Shown here: piece after piece, positions 1 to 12,039 of the stretch
How positions within the stretch are numbered: position 1 is the first letter of the stretch
Layout: each line of letters opens with the position of its first letter
NCBI GenBank assembly: GCA_032718475.1
Contig: JAUCBJ010001285.1
Span: forward strand, 1 to 48,837
Direction: 5' to 3'
DNA: 48,837 nt
From: Nemertoderma westbladi
Taxonomy: Eukaryota; Animalia; Xenacoelomorpha
Notes under the pieces: generated by a model
Databases searched by the model: none
What the model saw: only the letters and a program-made list of their open reading frames with translations
What the model was told of the DNA's origin: nothing
Translations under genes and position numbers: made by a program

Positions 1-59
1 GTTGGTACAGTACGCATTTATGTCACAATCATCAGTGTATCTGTCACATTCATCAATGT
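1..59 (-). CDS. Exon 6 (partial): second calcium-binding EGF domain, runs off the window
   Basis: Acceptor tcttag|AC (phase 1), reads (D)IDECDRYTDDCDINAYCTN. Confidence 0.9.
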
Positions 60-342
60 CTAAGATATTAAAAATTTAAGTTAAAATATCACAATATCGA
101 TCGAATGATAAAATTTGGGTTTGTGATTTGATATATTTGTTAAATTTCAAATATGTTATACCTTATTAGTGTTTTTTCGGAAACCTCTAAGTTTTATATT
201 TTTATAAATTTATTGAAATCTCTACAACGCTTTGATTCGCACCAAACTATACCCTCCACCACTAAATATGTAACTAAGCGAACAAACAAAATTTTAAAGA
301 GAATTTAGAAAATAAATAAATGTTCTGTTATACATACACTGC

Positions 343-465
343 CTTCACATTGCGTCCCAACTCCTTCGTACCCATCTCTACAGGTACATGTAAAGGAACC
401 ATCTGAGTTGGTGCAGTCTGCGTTCTCGTGACAATTATGGGTGTTAATGAGACATTCATCGTCGT
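343..465 (-). CDS. Exon 5: calcium-binding EGF domain
   Basis: Acceptor atttcag|AC. DDDECLINTHNCHENADCTNSDGSFTCTCRDGYEGVGTQCE is a complete six-Cys cbEGF with the CxNxxGSFxC motif. Donor position ambiguous (343 or 340). Confidence 0.93.
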
Positions 466-1289
466 CTGAAATATTATATTGAAAAATATGAGCAGGAAAT
501 AATTATTGCAACTACTGATAATAATTTCAAAATATTACTATATTTGTTCGTTGGGATTATTATACTTTACTGTTCTCTGAGACTACCTAAATGTATAATT
601 TTACTAATCTGATTTAATAAATATTGGGGAGCCTCATGCTTGTAAGAGTCAATAAAAGTGTATATTGCTTTGTTTCCTTAATTATATTGTAATGTAATTA
701 ACACTGAAAAAATACAGTGTTAATTACCTTATATAAATGACTATAACGGGATACTCAAATCTCGATACATTACACCATCCAGTAATAATAATATGACCTT
801 TACTTAGATTATACAACGTAGTACAGCTGTTAGTAGGATATAATAATTATTATTCGGTTAGATCAATCTAGAAATATATAACTTAGTCAGTTTACAATTT
901 ATTTTCATTCATATCGTTTCATTCATAATTTCCAAACTTTTTCTCGAGTTTTACTTTTTAACAGGAGCCCTCGTTTGTCTCGCTTGCATTACGTGTTTAA
1001 ATTTTACATTGTTTTGCATATTTCCAATTTTAGTAAGATGTAACGAATTTGCTTTTAGTGTTTAATTAATAAAACTAATTTGGAGTCCTCTGTACTCTCT
1101 CAATCTTGCGATAGCGAAATTATTGCTAAAAGGAGATTAATATTTTGTTTTTGGATCTGCAGTTTCGGTTTCTCTTTGAGTTCAATTGATTGATTTTGGT
1201 TTTGAGTGATACTTTATTTCTTGTTTTGTTGATCTGGAATCTAAATTGATAACTTCGTGGCATATAGTGCATATAGTTCAGTCCATGAC

Positions 1290-1367
1290 CTACTATAGAT
1301 ACGACCCGCCAAGCTGCTGCAAAGCCCCTAAATTTACTGGGCCAGTTATTTCTCTTAGATAGAACGC
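1290..1367 (-). CDS. Exon 4 (78 nt), GVLSKRNNWPSKFRGFAAAWRVVSIV
   Basis: Acceptor tattgtttcag|GC (phase 1). Phase-1 donor AG|gtcatg is weak; GC-richer than flanks. Confidence 0.6.
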
Positions 1368-2045
1368 CTGAAACAATAGGTCTAGCGTGTCGAAAGTACT
1401 TGTCCCTAACTAAAATTATATCCTCTTTCAGATGAGACAAATAAAAATTGAATATAATATCGAGATATGAGAAGTTCCTGGCACCCATACCATTTCGGAA
1501 CCTTTCGGAATTGATAAAAATACTCAAAAATACATCACCCTTCAAAGACTTGGCTATAGATACTTGGCAAAGACTAGATAAAAACCCATCATAGTTGTTC
1601 TCGTGCTGCTCGAAGTCCTGGCTAGAAAAAAAAAGGACGCATAGTTGTTCATTAGTTTGCTAATGCACATTCCTGTTACACATTTTGCCCCTCAAGCCTC
1701 AACATCACAACACAACCCCCGCCCCACTCCAATTTAGCAAACTCACTTTCAAGATATTTTGTAAGTAATCCCTACGACTATTAAAATACAACAAAAACTT
1801 TAAACGCAATTTACTCATAATAGTATATTTTCCATCTGGTTGTCTTGCCAATACTTAAATTCTAATAACTCTTGATGTACTCATCCAACCAGGATGATTT
1901 ATAGCTCATTAGAGAGCTGAGATGTTGGCCAATCACATGCAATATCTAACTCAAAAACCTCATTTTCACCTTAAGGTACCTTTTCGCTTTCACAGCCACA
2001 ATTATATACCTCGAGTTTTTAGATGTCTGGGTTTTACTGGGTTAA

Positions 2046-2790
2046 CCCAATTACCACTGGGGTGTTTTGACCATTAGCACCACTGGGGGGGGGGGGGGGG
2101 GGGGGGGGGATTTGGCCAACCCACTATATTTTTGTAATCGTCCAATGAAATCCTACAAAATTTGGGCTGTTGGTGAAACAATCATAGTTGAACACTTCCA
2201 AACCTTAAAAAGTTAAAATTTCATAAGCAGGGAATCATAATTTTGATGAAAAATAAAAGTAGTCCCTGGACAAAATTACAAAATTTTTCGTTTTCTAAAA
2301 ACGAACAATGTGGCAGTGTTGGCTAGATTTAGTAGGTTTTTCAAGACGCTGAATCGAATGTGATTATATTCCATTTCCAAAAATTGAAGTGGATGCTATT
2401 TTTCGTGCACATACGAAGTGGGCGTGGCACTTCAAATTTTGAAAAATTAGATATTCAGAAAATGCCCCTAATTTTTTATTTCAACGCATCTTTATAGGTT
2501 TTCTGGGCCGCTGAATCGACTGAAAGTAATATAGAAGCCTGAAGACTTAGTGGTTCGCCATTTTTGGTGCACCAAAATTAGGGCGTGGCACTTCAAATTA
2601 TGAAAAATACGAGATTCGGAAAATAAACCAAAATTGAAATTTTAAAGCATTTATATAGGTTTTCTAGACCGCTGAATCGATTGAAAGTAATATAGAAGAA
2701 TGAAGACTTAGAGGTTAGCCATTTTTGATGTAGCAAAATGAGGGCGTGGCACTTCAAATTTTGAAAAATGAAATGAAAAATTTTGGTGCA
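2046..2790. mobile_element. One end of a piggyBac-like non-autonomous element with ~161-bp internal repeats
   Basis: TTAA|CCC start and poly-G. GGGCGTGGCACTTCAAATT recurs at 2420, 2581 and 2742. Related sequence at ~42830-43870. No second terminus seen. Confidence 0.5.
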
Positions 2791-4560
2791 CCTACTAAAA
2801 ATATTATATACGTACATAGACACACCATGTTAGCCTACTAAAAATAATATATACGTACATAGACACACCATGTTATCCTACTAAAAATAATATATACGTA
2901 CATAGACACACCATGTTATCCTACTAAAAATAATATATACTTACATAGACACACCATGTTAGCCTACTAAAAATATTATATACGTACATAGACACACCAT
3001 GTTAGCCTACTAAAAATAATATATACGTACATAGACACACCATGTTATCCTACTAAAAATAATATATACGTACATAGACACACCATGTTATCCTACTAAA
3101 AATAATATATACGTACATAGACACACCATGTTAGCCTACTAAAAATAATATATACGTACATAGACACACCATGCTAGCCTACTAAAAATATTATATACGT
3201 ACATAGACACACCATGTTAGCCTACTAAAAATATTATATACGTACATAGACACACCATGTTAGCCTACTAAAAATAATATATACGTACATAGACACACCA
3301 TGTTATCCTACTAAAAATAATATATACGTACATAGACACACCATGTTATCCTACTAAAAATAATATATACTTACATAGACACACCATGTTAGCCTACTAA
3401 AAATATTATATACGTACATAGACACACCATGTTAGCCTACTAAAAATAATATATACGTACATAGACACACCATGTTATCCTACTAAAAATAATATATACG
3501 TACATAGACACACCATGTTATCCTACTAAAAATAATATATGTACATAGACACACCATGTTAGCCTACTAAAAATAATATATACGTACATAGACACACCAT
3601 GCTAGCCTACTAAAAATATTATATACGTACATAGACACACCATGTTAGCCTACTAAAAATATTATATACGTACATAGACACACGATGTTAGCCTACTAAA
3701 AATATTATATACGTACATAGACACACCATGCTAGCCTACTAAAAATAATATATACGTACATAGACACACCATGTTATCCTACTAAAAATAATATATACGT
3801 ACATAGACACACCATGTTATCCTACTAAAAATAATATATGTACATAGACACACCATGCTAGCCTACTAAAAATATTATATACGTACATAGACACACCATG
3901 TTAGCCTACTAAAAATAATATATGTACATAGACACACCATGCTAGCCTACTAAAAATATTATATACGTACATAGACACACCATGTTAGCCTACTAAAAAT
4001 AATATATACGTACATAGACACACCATGTTATCCTACTAAAAATAATATATACGTACATAGACACACCATGTTATCCTACTAAAAATAATATATGTACATA
4101 GACACACCATGCTAGCCTACTAAAAATATTATATACGTACATAGACACACCATGTTAGCCTACTAAAAATATTATATACGTACATAGACACACGATGTTA
4201 GCCTACTAAAAATATTATATACGTACATAGACACACCATGCTAGCCTACTAAAAATATTATATACGTACATAGACACACCATGTTAGCCTACTAAAAATA
4301 TTATATACGTACATAGACACACCATGTTATCCTACTAAAAATAATATATACGTACATAGACACACCATGTTATCCTACTAAAAATAATATATACGTACAT
4401 AGACACACCATGTTATCCTACTAAAAATAATATATACTTACATAGACACACCATGTTAGCCTACTAAAAATATTATATACGTACATAGACACACCATGTT
4501 AGCCTACTAAAAATAATATATACGTACATAGACACACCATGTTAGCCTACTAAAAATAAT
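2791..4560. repeat. 43-bp tandem satellite, about 41 copies, in intron 3
   Basis: Unit CCTACTAAAAATAATATATACGTACATAGACACACCATGTTAG, head to tail, with a few SNP and 41-bp variants and no spacers. Confidence 0.98.
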
Positions 4561-4591
4561 TTTTTAAACTCACGTGTTTTTCCTTCCATAC

Positions 4592-4658
4592 CGCAGATAT
4601 CTCTTTGCATTTCCTCATGTTCCAAAGGATCAAGATCTTTTATTTCTTGGCATTTGCA
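4592..4658 (-). CDS. Exon 3 (67 nt), CKCQEIKDLDPLEHEEMQRDIC
   Basis: Acceptor ttgttttcttag| (phase 0), open frame, donor G|gtatgg (phase 1). Bridges the phases of exons 2 and 4. Confidence 0.7.
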
Positions 4659-4729
4659 CTAAGAAAACAAATACTCAATCAAATTGAATTTATAATATAG
4701 TCAAGGTTCAGATCGTTAACCTAGCTTTG

Positions 4730-4860
4730 CTCCCAATAATTTAACTGGTACTCATTTTATCGAACCCATGGGATGAAAGGCTGAGTGGACCCTCCTAAAG
4801 GGCTTGAACCTACAACCAATAGGTTATAAGCCCGGCGCTCACCAACTTATCTACCCCGCC
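4730..4860 (-). mobile_element. tRNA-derived SINE (family 1) with conserved core, 3'-truncated
   Basis: Minus strand has A-box-like TAGATAAGTTGG and B-box GGTTCAAGCCC, then ACTCAGCCTTTCATCCCATGGGTTCGATAAAATGAGTACCAG, recalled as resembling the MetaSINE core. Confidence 0.7.
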
Positions 4861-4996
4861 TAATTTATTTTTGTAAGAGTACAACAATCCAGTACTGAAC
4901 CCTTGAACTATCTCCTTATATTGATGATATACCAGAAAACTTATTACAAAACTTATCTAATGATTGCCCCACATCAATGGTTTCCAGATTACTTAC

Positions 4997-5216
4997 TGGA
5001 ATATTGGGCTCAGGACTAGCTCCATCACTGGTTATCAAACTAGCATGTTGGTCATTGTCGCTAATTGCCATATAGTCGTAAACCGCCGACAACTTGAGAT
5101 CCGATTCTTCCACATCCTCCGCATACTTGCTGTTTAACTGGCACGAATATGTCCTCATACCATCCTCCACAGGGCTATCAATTTTCCGATAGTTGATAGA
5201 TTTGCAGTTGGAATTC
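4997..5216 (-). CDS. Exon 2: second half of PAN/Apple domain plus linker
   Basis: Acceptor ttgttttgtttcag|G (phase 2). Reads NSNCKSINY...SCQLNSK...YDYM, the PAN CxSxNY / CxL pattern. Ends CCA|gtaagt, phase 0. Confidence 0.85.
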
Positions 5217-6268
5217 CTGAAACAAAACAATTGAGGAATCCTACTGTAACCATAGTTACAGTTGACTTATTCCCCTTGTACGTGGGACAGAATATGTACC
5301 CATTAACATTCATACATCCCCATACGTCACCCACACCACTAGGACTCATCGCTGGCCGGCCCTGTAACTCAACACTCCTCGGTTCGCGATCAGATGTAGA
5401 CCCAATTAATCTTCCTTATCGTCATCATCACCGGTGTTTTTCAGCAGAAGTTTCGGAAATGACAGCAGTAGATGACCACCATAATTTATTTTTCCAGCCA
5501 GCTGACATACACAGCTGACCAGATCTATGATAGCCGCTTTGGAAGTGGACGGCCAAACTCGCATGTAATGCGCGCAGGGTGGGATTGGGTTTTGGAAATT
5601 ATCGATCACTACCTATTTAACAATATCACAAAACAACATCATTGTTATTTAAAGTTTTTTTACGATTAATGAATCCCGACTCTAAGACTCTCTTCTGTTT
5701 TTGTGCATGATGGCCTGCATGGAATACTAGATTAAAAAATGTATTCAATAAAATTAATCTATTAGTTCATGTAGAAATGTACTGTAGGTAGTATTCCACG
5801 TGTCCGTTAAAAATAAGAGCACACCCAATACTTAACTAAAACTATCGCGATGGTCGTTTTCCAGATCAGTAATTAGTTCCATTTCCGATTGTCGATTATT
5901 AGAAAAATATCACAGTTATGTCTGAACTGCCCCTCACAAATATATACAATTATACCTATCTATTATATACCAACGCCTATGCATTACCTGATGATGAAAT
6001 GTCTAAAGTTAGGATGTGTTAACAATTATTAAGAATAACTCAATTATAATTTATGATAAACGCAGGGACGCTACACAAACAAGGAACAGCCGACACGACT
6101 GTTATTGGTGGCCCACACATTCAGGTTGTGATTTATTTGCTGTCTTGTTAACTTTGTTTAAATTTGTCTTGTGAAATTGATTTATTGACTTGGCTTGTGG
6201 CCCTGATTTATTTGTTTGATTAATTCTTGCGCGGACGATATTTCGAGATTTCAAATATTATACATTAC

Positions 6269-6480
6269 CTCAGACACAATGCGGTACATCGGATTCTAGA
6301 AACGCGGCTATTGATATTACTAATCCAATGATTCTGTAACTGATGATCCACTGATGATCCATGAATACCCTTTCCAAATGTCGCTGCCCTGTGACACAAC
6401 ATTCCTATGTCGCAACAACATAAATTAGCGCCCAAGACGACCATTAAACCTGCTGTGATTAGAAGGTATTGCGGATTCAT
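6269..6480 (-). CDS. Exon 1 of secreted PAN/Apple + EGF-Ca protein (signal peptide and first half of PAN domain)
   Basis: ATG at 6480. Hydrophobic leader MNPQYLLITAGLMVVLGANLCCC, then ...SRIRCTALCLR (PAN CxxxC). Ends at AG|gtaatg, phase 2, matching the next exon. Confidence 0.8.
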
Positions 6481-7599
6481 AATTAAGTTTCCCAAAAGCG
6501 GTAATTGTCTGAATCAGTGGCTGGTTAGTTAGTGTCTGGAGAGCTATTTATTCAGAGTGTACAATAATTACTTTATATAATTGATAGTAATCCTACACAC
6601 AAACATATAAATATAATACAAAAATTGCACGTGACAGGTTTCTAAAAGAAATCGGATTTTAAATTATTTAAACAATTCAAAATATTTCGAAAATATATGC
6701 ACAGAGTGTGTGGGTGTGGGGGTAAAAATAGAAGACTCAATCACCAACATTGAATTTTTGACAATTTTTTACCAAAATCTACAGCGATGTATTTTAAACG
6801 TCTGCCATTGAGACGGACATGCACAAACACATGCAAGTATTCTTCTACGGAAGTATTGCTAATCACGGTATCTTAACCACAAATGGGCGAATTTTTTGTC
6901 AATAAATGTGTCTTTCGTAACGTTAAAATACTGGTTAAATAATACAATGTAAAATCTCATAAAAACGGCTCTAACGATTTCGTTAAAATTTTGCATGACA
7001 CAATGTTTTGATGACCACTATCATTTAACATTTAATATTTAACATTTATTTATTTCTTTCATAATACATCAACAGTTATAATAACTTTATAATTACTATA
7101 AATGTAAATGTATATAAATGTAATAAATAAAATAAATGTATATCGATTCCCGCTGGTCCCATGTCTGTCCATAGAATGTGTGCTTGAAAAATAGAAAAAA
7201 CCGAAAAAATCGAAAAAACACCATAGACGCAACTGATAAAACTCCAGCTGGAACAGATTAAAAATGGATAGAGAGGGCCTAGTAATTCTATTCAATAGAG
7301 GAAGGGCCGACTAACAAGGATGTACTTTCTGTGCCAAGTTTTTATTTAATCACTCACTCTTTCAACCCAGACTATAAGCAAACATTAGTTTGTAATCAAT
7401 TCTCCAATCATCTGAATAACTCTTCCCAGTGCTTCCTAAGGGAATATCTATAAGGTGACTGACTCACTGGGCTATTTTAGATGGTGGGTCAGTGGAATGA
7501 ATTTTAGTTACACACATAGGATGCTTCTGATTAGTGTTGGTTACTAGTAATGGTACTATACTCAGCTAAAAATAATTGATGTATTTAAAAATCTTGGGA

Positions 7600-7695
7600 T
7601 AGGAGTAGCGCCCACCCCTACCCTCGGGTAGCAGCTATCGAAAGAGGAGCCTTCGGGTCGCCTCCGGCTTCGGCCGACTGTTTGCTTGCTTGTAT
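7600..7695 (+). other. GC-rich multi-hairpin island, probably a structured retroelement RNA fragment
   Basis: Hairpins CTACC-CTCG-GGTAG, TC-GAAA-GA, GCC-TTCG-GGT and CGGC-TTCG-GCCG, followed by a short TTGC repeat. Confidence 0.4.
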
Positions 7696-8389
7696 TTAAA
7701 AATCCGAGAGGGAGGGAGGTGAGTTAATGACTTGCTTGGCAAACATTAATTATATTAATCTGTCAAACCAGAGGGAATACCGAGTGGGATCTACCTGTCT
7801 CGGTCTCTGTATAACATTTTACCCAGCTGATAGCTCCTTTAATCCAACACAAACTCTTGCCCTGGATTCAATGATTGCGAATGTCTATTACAGTAGGTTC
7901 CTGGGAAAAGCTGGCCACCTGAATGACTTTTTAGTTATAGAGTAGTGTAAGAGTACACGAGTGAGGCCTTTGTGCAGCAGAAGCTGCAACCCATCTCAGC
8001 GAACAATTATAATTGTACTATGGCTAGTTATTCTGATATTGGCTTCCAACAGACACATACACTGAAACCTACACCTAAGTTCGCTAATAGTTGCACTGTT
8101 CAATTAAAAAAATCAGAGTTTGGAGGTTTAATTATGTTTTGGCAACATTAATACTATGAGTGGTGTTTGGTATCAGATATAATTTTGATGTAGACAGGAT
8201 ATATGTTGCCCTAACTGCTTTAATAATTATTAGGAACGGATTATGAGATATTACAATTGTTTGCTAACTAACTTTGTTCACTACCTTGGTGCAATTTTTT
8301 ATTATAAATGCTGAACATGTGCAAATTACAGTATTAGTATAGGTTAAGTGCTGGCTGATACTGGGTGCTCAGATTTGCAACCATAATTT

Positions 8390-9050
8390 TAATATTTTGT
8401 GCCATGCTAAACACATGTGCCACATGCTAAAAAGTGGCACCTATGTGCCACTAGAGAATTTGAAAACATTTGTAATCGAATCAGCACCTTTGGAAACCTA
8501 TAAATACCGAAAATGGAACATTTCTATGAAGCTTTATATATTTTGATATTTTGTGCCATGCTAAACACATGTGCCATGTGCCACAAGCTAAAAAGTGGCA
8601 ATTCTACGCTACTAGAGAATTTGAAACCATTTATTAGTGCTTCACCACCCTGTTAAACCTTGTGGAAGCGAAATCTGCGCCATTCTGCCTGTGTCTATTA
8701 TGTTTGCCAAATACGCCAATTTTGGCACGTGCCAGAAATGGCACACAGCCACCCTTTGAAAATTTGAGACCCATCTCAGAAGATTCGCCGCTATCGAAAA
8801 CCCGTATAGGTGAAAAATATTGCCCAAAATATGAATATTTTTCGAAATAAGGAATTTTGGCCACAAAACAGGGTTTCTGGCCCACTGTGCATTTGTAACA
8901 ATTTGTAACCAGGGACATCAATTCGTGACAAGGTGCTCATAATATTTTTAACCAAACACATTGATTCGTAATGCGGAAATACAGATTCCTAACCAGGTAT
9001 TCAGATTCGTAATGCAGAAATCCAAATTCGTAACCAGGCGCTCAGATTAG
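8390..9050. repeat. Unclassified repeat with a ~153-bp internal duplication and short tandem units
   Basis: TTTTGTGCCATGCTAAACACATGTGCCA...CTAGAGAATTTGAAA at ~8395 and ~8550. Repeated ATTCGTAA motifs at 8960-9040. Confidence 0.55.
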
Positions 9051-10029
9051 AAACTGGTTTAGAGTTGACATCCTGAAAAAAATAGTTATTGGCTTATGGC
9101 CTGTAAAAATATTAGTTTCGGTTTGGTTTAACTTCTGTTCCTTTACGGCGTCTTGACGCCGTCTTTAATATTAAATATAAAATATTTTTGTCTTCCTATC
9201 TTGAAAAATTAGTGCAGAGAGTGTCCTTATTTTACTGTAATAGTTTATGTTTTTGTTATTTCATTGGATTGCAATTTTTCCTGATACCGATTAAAATAAT
9301 ACTGTGAAATAATATGAAATTTATGAATTCTTTGAATATTTATGAATACTATGAAATTTGCAATTTAATGAAATTATGTAGGTATTTATGTTTGTTTGTC
9401 TTAGTAGCTCAACAGTTCGTAGTTGTTGTGCTTCTTGATTCAATTATATATGTATTTTATCTATGTTTAATTTTGACTATTAAGCATGAAAAACAAATGC
9501 ACTACAAATTAATAAATTTAGATAATAATTACTGTGAAACAAAGGAATACATATTGTAGTAAAAATTGCTGATTTATATTTATAAATTTAGTCTGATACT
9601 GCTGCTGTTAAGGGTTGATTTGTATGCCTTATATAACTCAGGAATATAAAGATAGCAGATGATAATTATCTACACATTTACCTTAATACCTTAAGGATTA
9701 TAGATTAATAAATAATATGTAATAATTGGAAAGGTAATAATGCATTAGGGGGATAAAGCAACGCCGATAGTATCATAAATATATAATTATGCGAAAATCA
9801 TTATATACATGTTACTTAATTTATCCTAGCAGGTGCACTAGATAATCAAAACTAGAACCCTGGGTCATCCCTAGAACTGGGTCATCCTGTACCAGTATGG
9901 ATAGCTAGAAAGAAGTGTCAACAAATTCAAGAACTGACTTTCAGTATTTATTAAGCATACCTACCATATACTGTCTACCGGTTTACCGGTAACTAAGTGA
10001 ACAGTATGCACTTTGAAGTTTGAACTAAC

Positions 10030-10690
10030 CTAAACGGGCAAAACTACAAGGAATAATGTACACGATACGGTATTGGAATCACTACGAAGTATAAAAGATG
10101 AATTACGCGAACTGCGTGATGAGAACGCAGCAATACGATGAGATACAGCTACTACAACAAATCGATAATCTACGTGGTGAGAATGAATCGCTTGAACTCG
10201 AGAATGACAAATTAGCCCAATACACTCGGCGTCCCTGTGTACTTTTGCATGGTGTTTCGGAGACAGCCAATCCAACTGATGAATCTTCTTCAGTAAAAGA
10301 TGTTATGTCGTCAATCGGGGTACAATTTAGCGACATTGATGTCTACCATAGGCTGGGTGCCAGGAAACCCCAACAAAATTGTAATGCAAAAGCGAATGTA
10401 CGTCCTATCATTATACGCTTTACCTCCCATTCCACTCGCAAAATAGCGCTCCGAAATAAAAAAAAAACCAATCGTTCTATATGACAGCAATTCTTTCTAC
10501 ACGCCGTTCAGCCCTTCTACGTAACCTCCAAAGAATGCGTGAAAGTAAACTTATCCACTCTGTTGGATGCCAGCAGCATACAACTGCTGTTGGCGCGGGA
10601 GATACGATCACCTGAATCCAAAACGTGACAAACACTTATATTATGAGTACATACTCCTACTGTACACCTACTGTTATCGAGAGAGACAAT
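10030..10690 (+). pseudogene. LINE ORF1-like remnant (CR1/L2-group type: coiled coil plus RRM-like domain)
   Basis: Coiled coil QQIDNLRGENESLELENDKLAQY, then VLLHGVSE, IDVYHRLG and RPIIIRF. Frameshifted on both sides. Confidence 0.7.
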
Positions 10691-10702
10691 CGTACAGGTA
10701 TA

Positions 10703-11758
10703 CTACTAGGATCGGCATGTTGCATTGCAGCTGCATTTTTAAGAATGCTATGCCGGCTTATCAACAAAATTGCACCGCCACAACTCCCTATCACCCATGA
10801 CATTTGCTAGATCATCCGCATCTTTAAGGCCAGTGTCCTTTAAGATGCGTCTCAAGAAAGTCATGGGCTGTCCACCATGCTTATTCACTCCATGAGGTTG
10901 CCAAAGTACAAGATTATGCACTGGCTGGTCCTCACGGCGAAAGCAATGTCCTGCAAAGCGGAGGCGATTTTGTTCTAGTGTCAAGCTTGGGGGAACCAAT
11001 GAGACACCTCCAATGTTATATAGTGTCTGGTTGGAGATGTGTGCATTGTACTTGACACAATGAACCCGGCGTAGCATTCTTGTGAATGTGCCATCCAGAG
11101 ATTTGGTGTCCTCAGCAGTTAGAGCCCAGCATGGACTCCCATAGAGGAGTACTGGAACTACTGCTGCTCTAAATAATCGGACCTTAAGTTTCCGATTAAT
11201 TCTCGGTGACTTCCAAATCCTGGAAAGCCTATTCAAGGCTGCCCATGCCTTTCCCTTACGTATTCGAAGGTCCTCACCTGACTTCCGGATCCATGATCCC
11301 AGGTAACAGAAGTCGTCCACATGCTCAAGCATACCATCCTTTGAGCTTATGCTCATCCGATCAGAGACTTGCTGAAGACTTTCAAAGTTAACTGTCAGAA
11401 TTTTGGTCTTTCTGGAGTTAATAAAAAGACCAACACTAGAAGCAGCATGTTCTAATGAGCTGAGGAGCCGTTGGGCTCCCTCTAATGATTCTGAGAGTAC
11501 TCCTAAGTCATCAGCAAAGTCTAGATCAGTTAGGTACTTGGCAGGATTTCCTCGACTTCTGGAGCCAGTAGGTGGAGTTATCATCACCCCATCATCATTA
11601 TGATGATCTAAGGACATGCGTAGAACATAGTCAACCACAATAATGAACAAGAATGGTGCAAGTGTGTCTCCCTGGAGCACGCCCCATAACACTTCAAATG
11701 GTTCTGTGTCACCGTCAACAGTAGACACAAATGTTGTCGAACCATCGTATACTGATCT
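10703..11758 (-). mobile_element. 5'-truncated RTE-clade LINE with an open RT C-terminal region and 11-bp TSD
   Basis: GVLQGDTLAPFLF, DLDFADD, FCYLGS, LLYG, RLRFAGHC. (TAG)n tail. GTACAGGTATA at 10692-10702 and 11759-11769. Confidence 0.93.
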
Positions 11759-12039
11759 GTACAGGTATAACAAACAGATCTACTCTCTCTAACCGGTGAG
11801 GCAGTCTACGAACAGACACAATTTGTCAGAAAACAATCCCGCGCAGCGAATCCTAAACTAGTAACGCTGATGGGCCGGCTATGTCCGTAAACTTCCTGAT
11901 TTATATGGGGGGTGGGTTTGCTAGCTAAATACTAGCAGGCTATTTTGCAGACAAATGTCCACATTATTGTAAATAATAATAGAGATGAAAGAGTACAAAG
12001 TTATAGAACGCTTGTGTGTGTGTGGGTGTGGCAACTTAA

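Noticed and set aside
1126-1545. 139-aa ORF as a gene, or RGFAAAW as the end of a CUB domain
   Set aside because: Only 1290-1367 has splice signals and coding character, and no other CUB motifs are seen upstream.
1812-1855. Extra exon VLARQPDGKYTIM
   Set aside because: Poor acceptor context and not needed for phase continuity.
2791-4560. CRISPR array
   Set aside because: Units are contiguous with no unique spacers, there are no cas genes, and the context is eukaryotic.
5231-5669. Overlapping short ORFs in intron 1
   Set aside because: No recognisable motifs on either strand.
11873-11897. Hammerhead-like ACGCTGATGGGCC...CCGTAAAC
   Set aside because: Both core boxes are altered (CUGAUGG, GUAAA) and there is no stem III or cleavage triplet; at most a relic.
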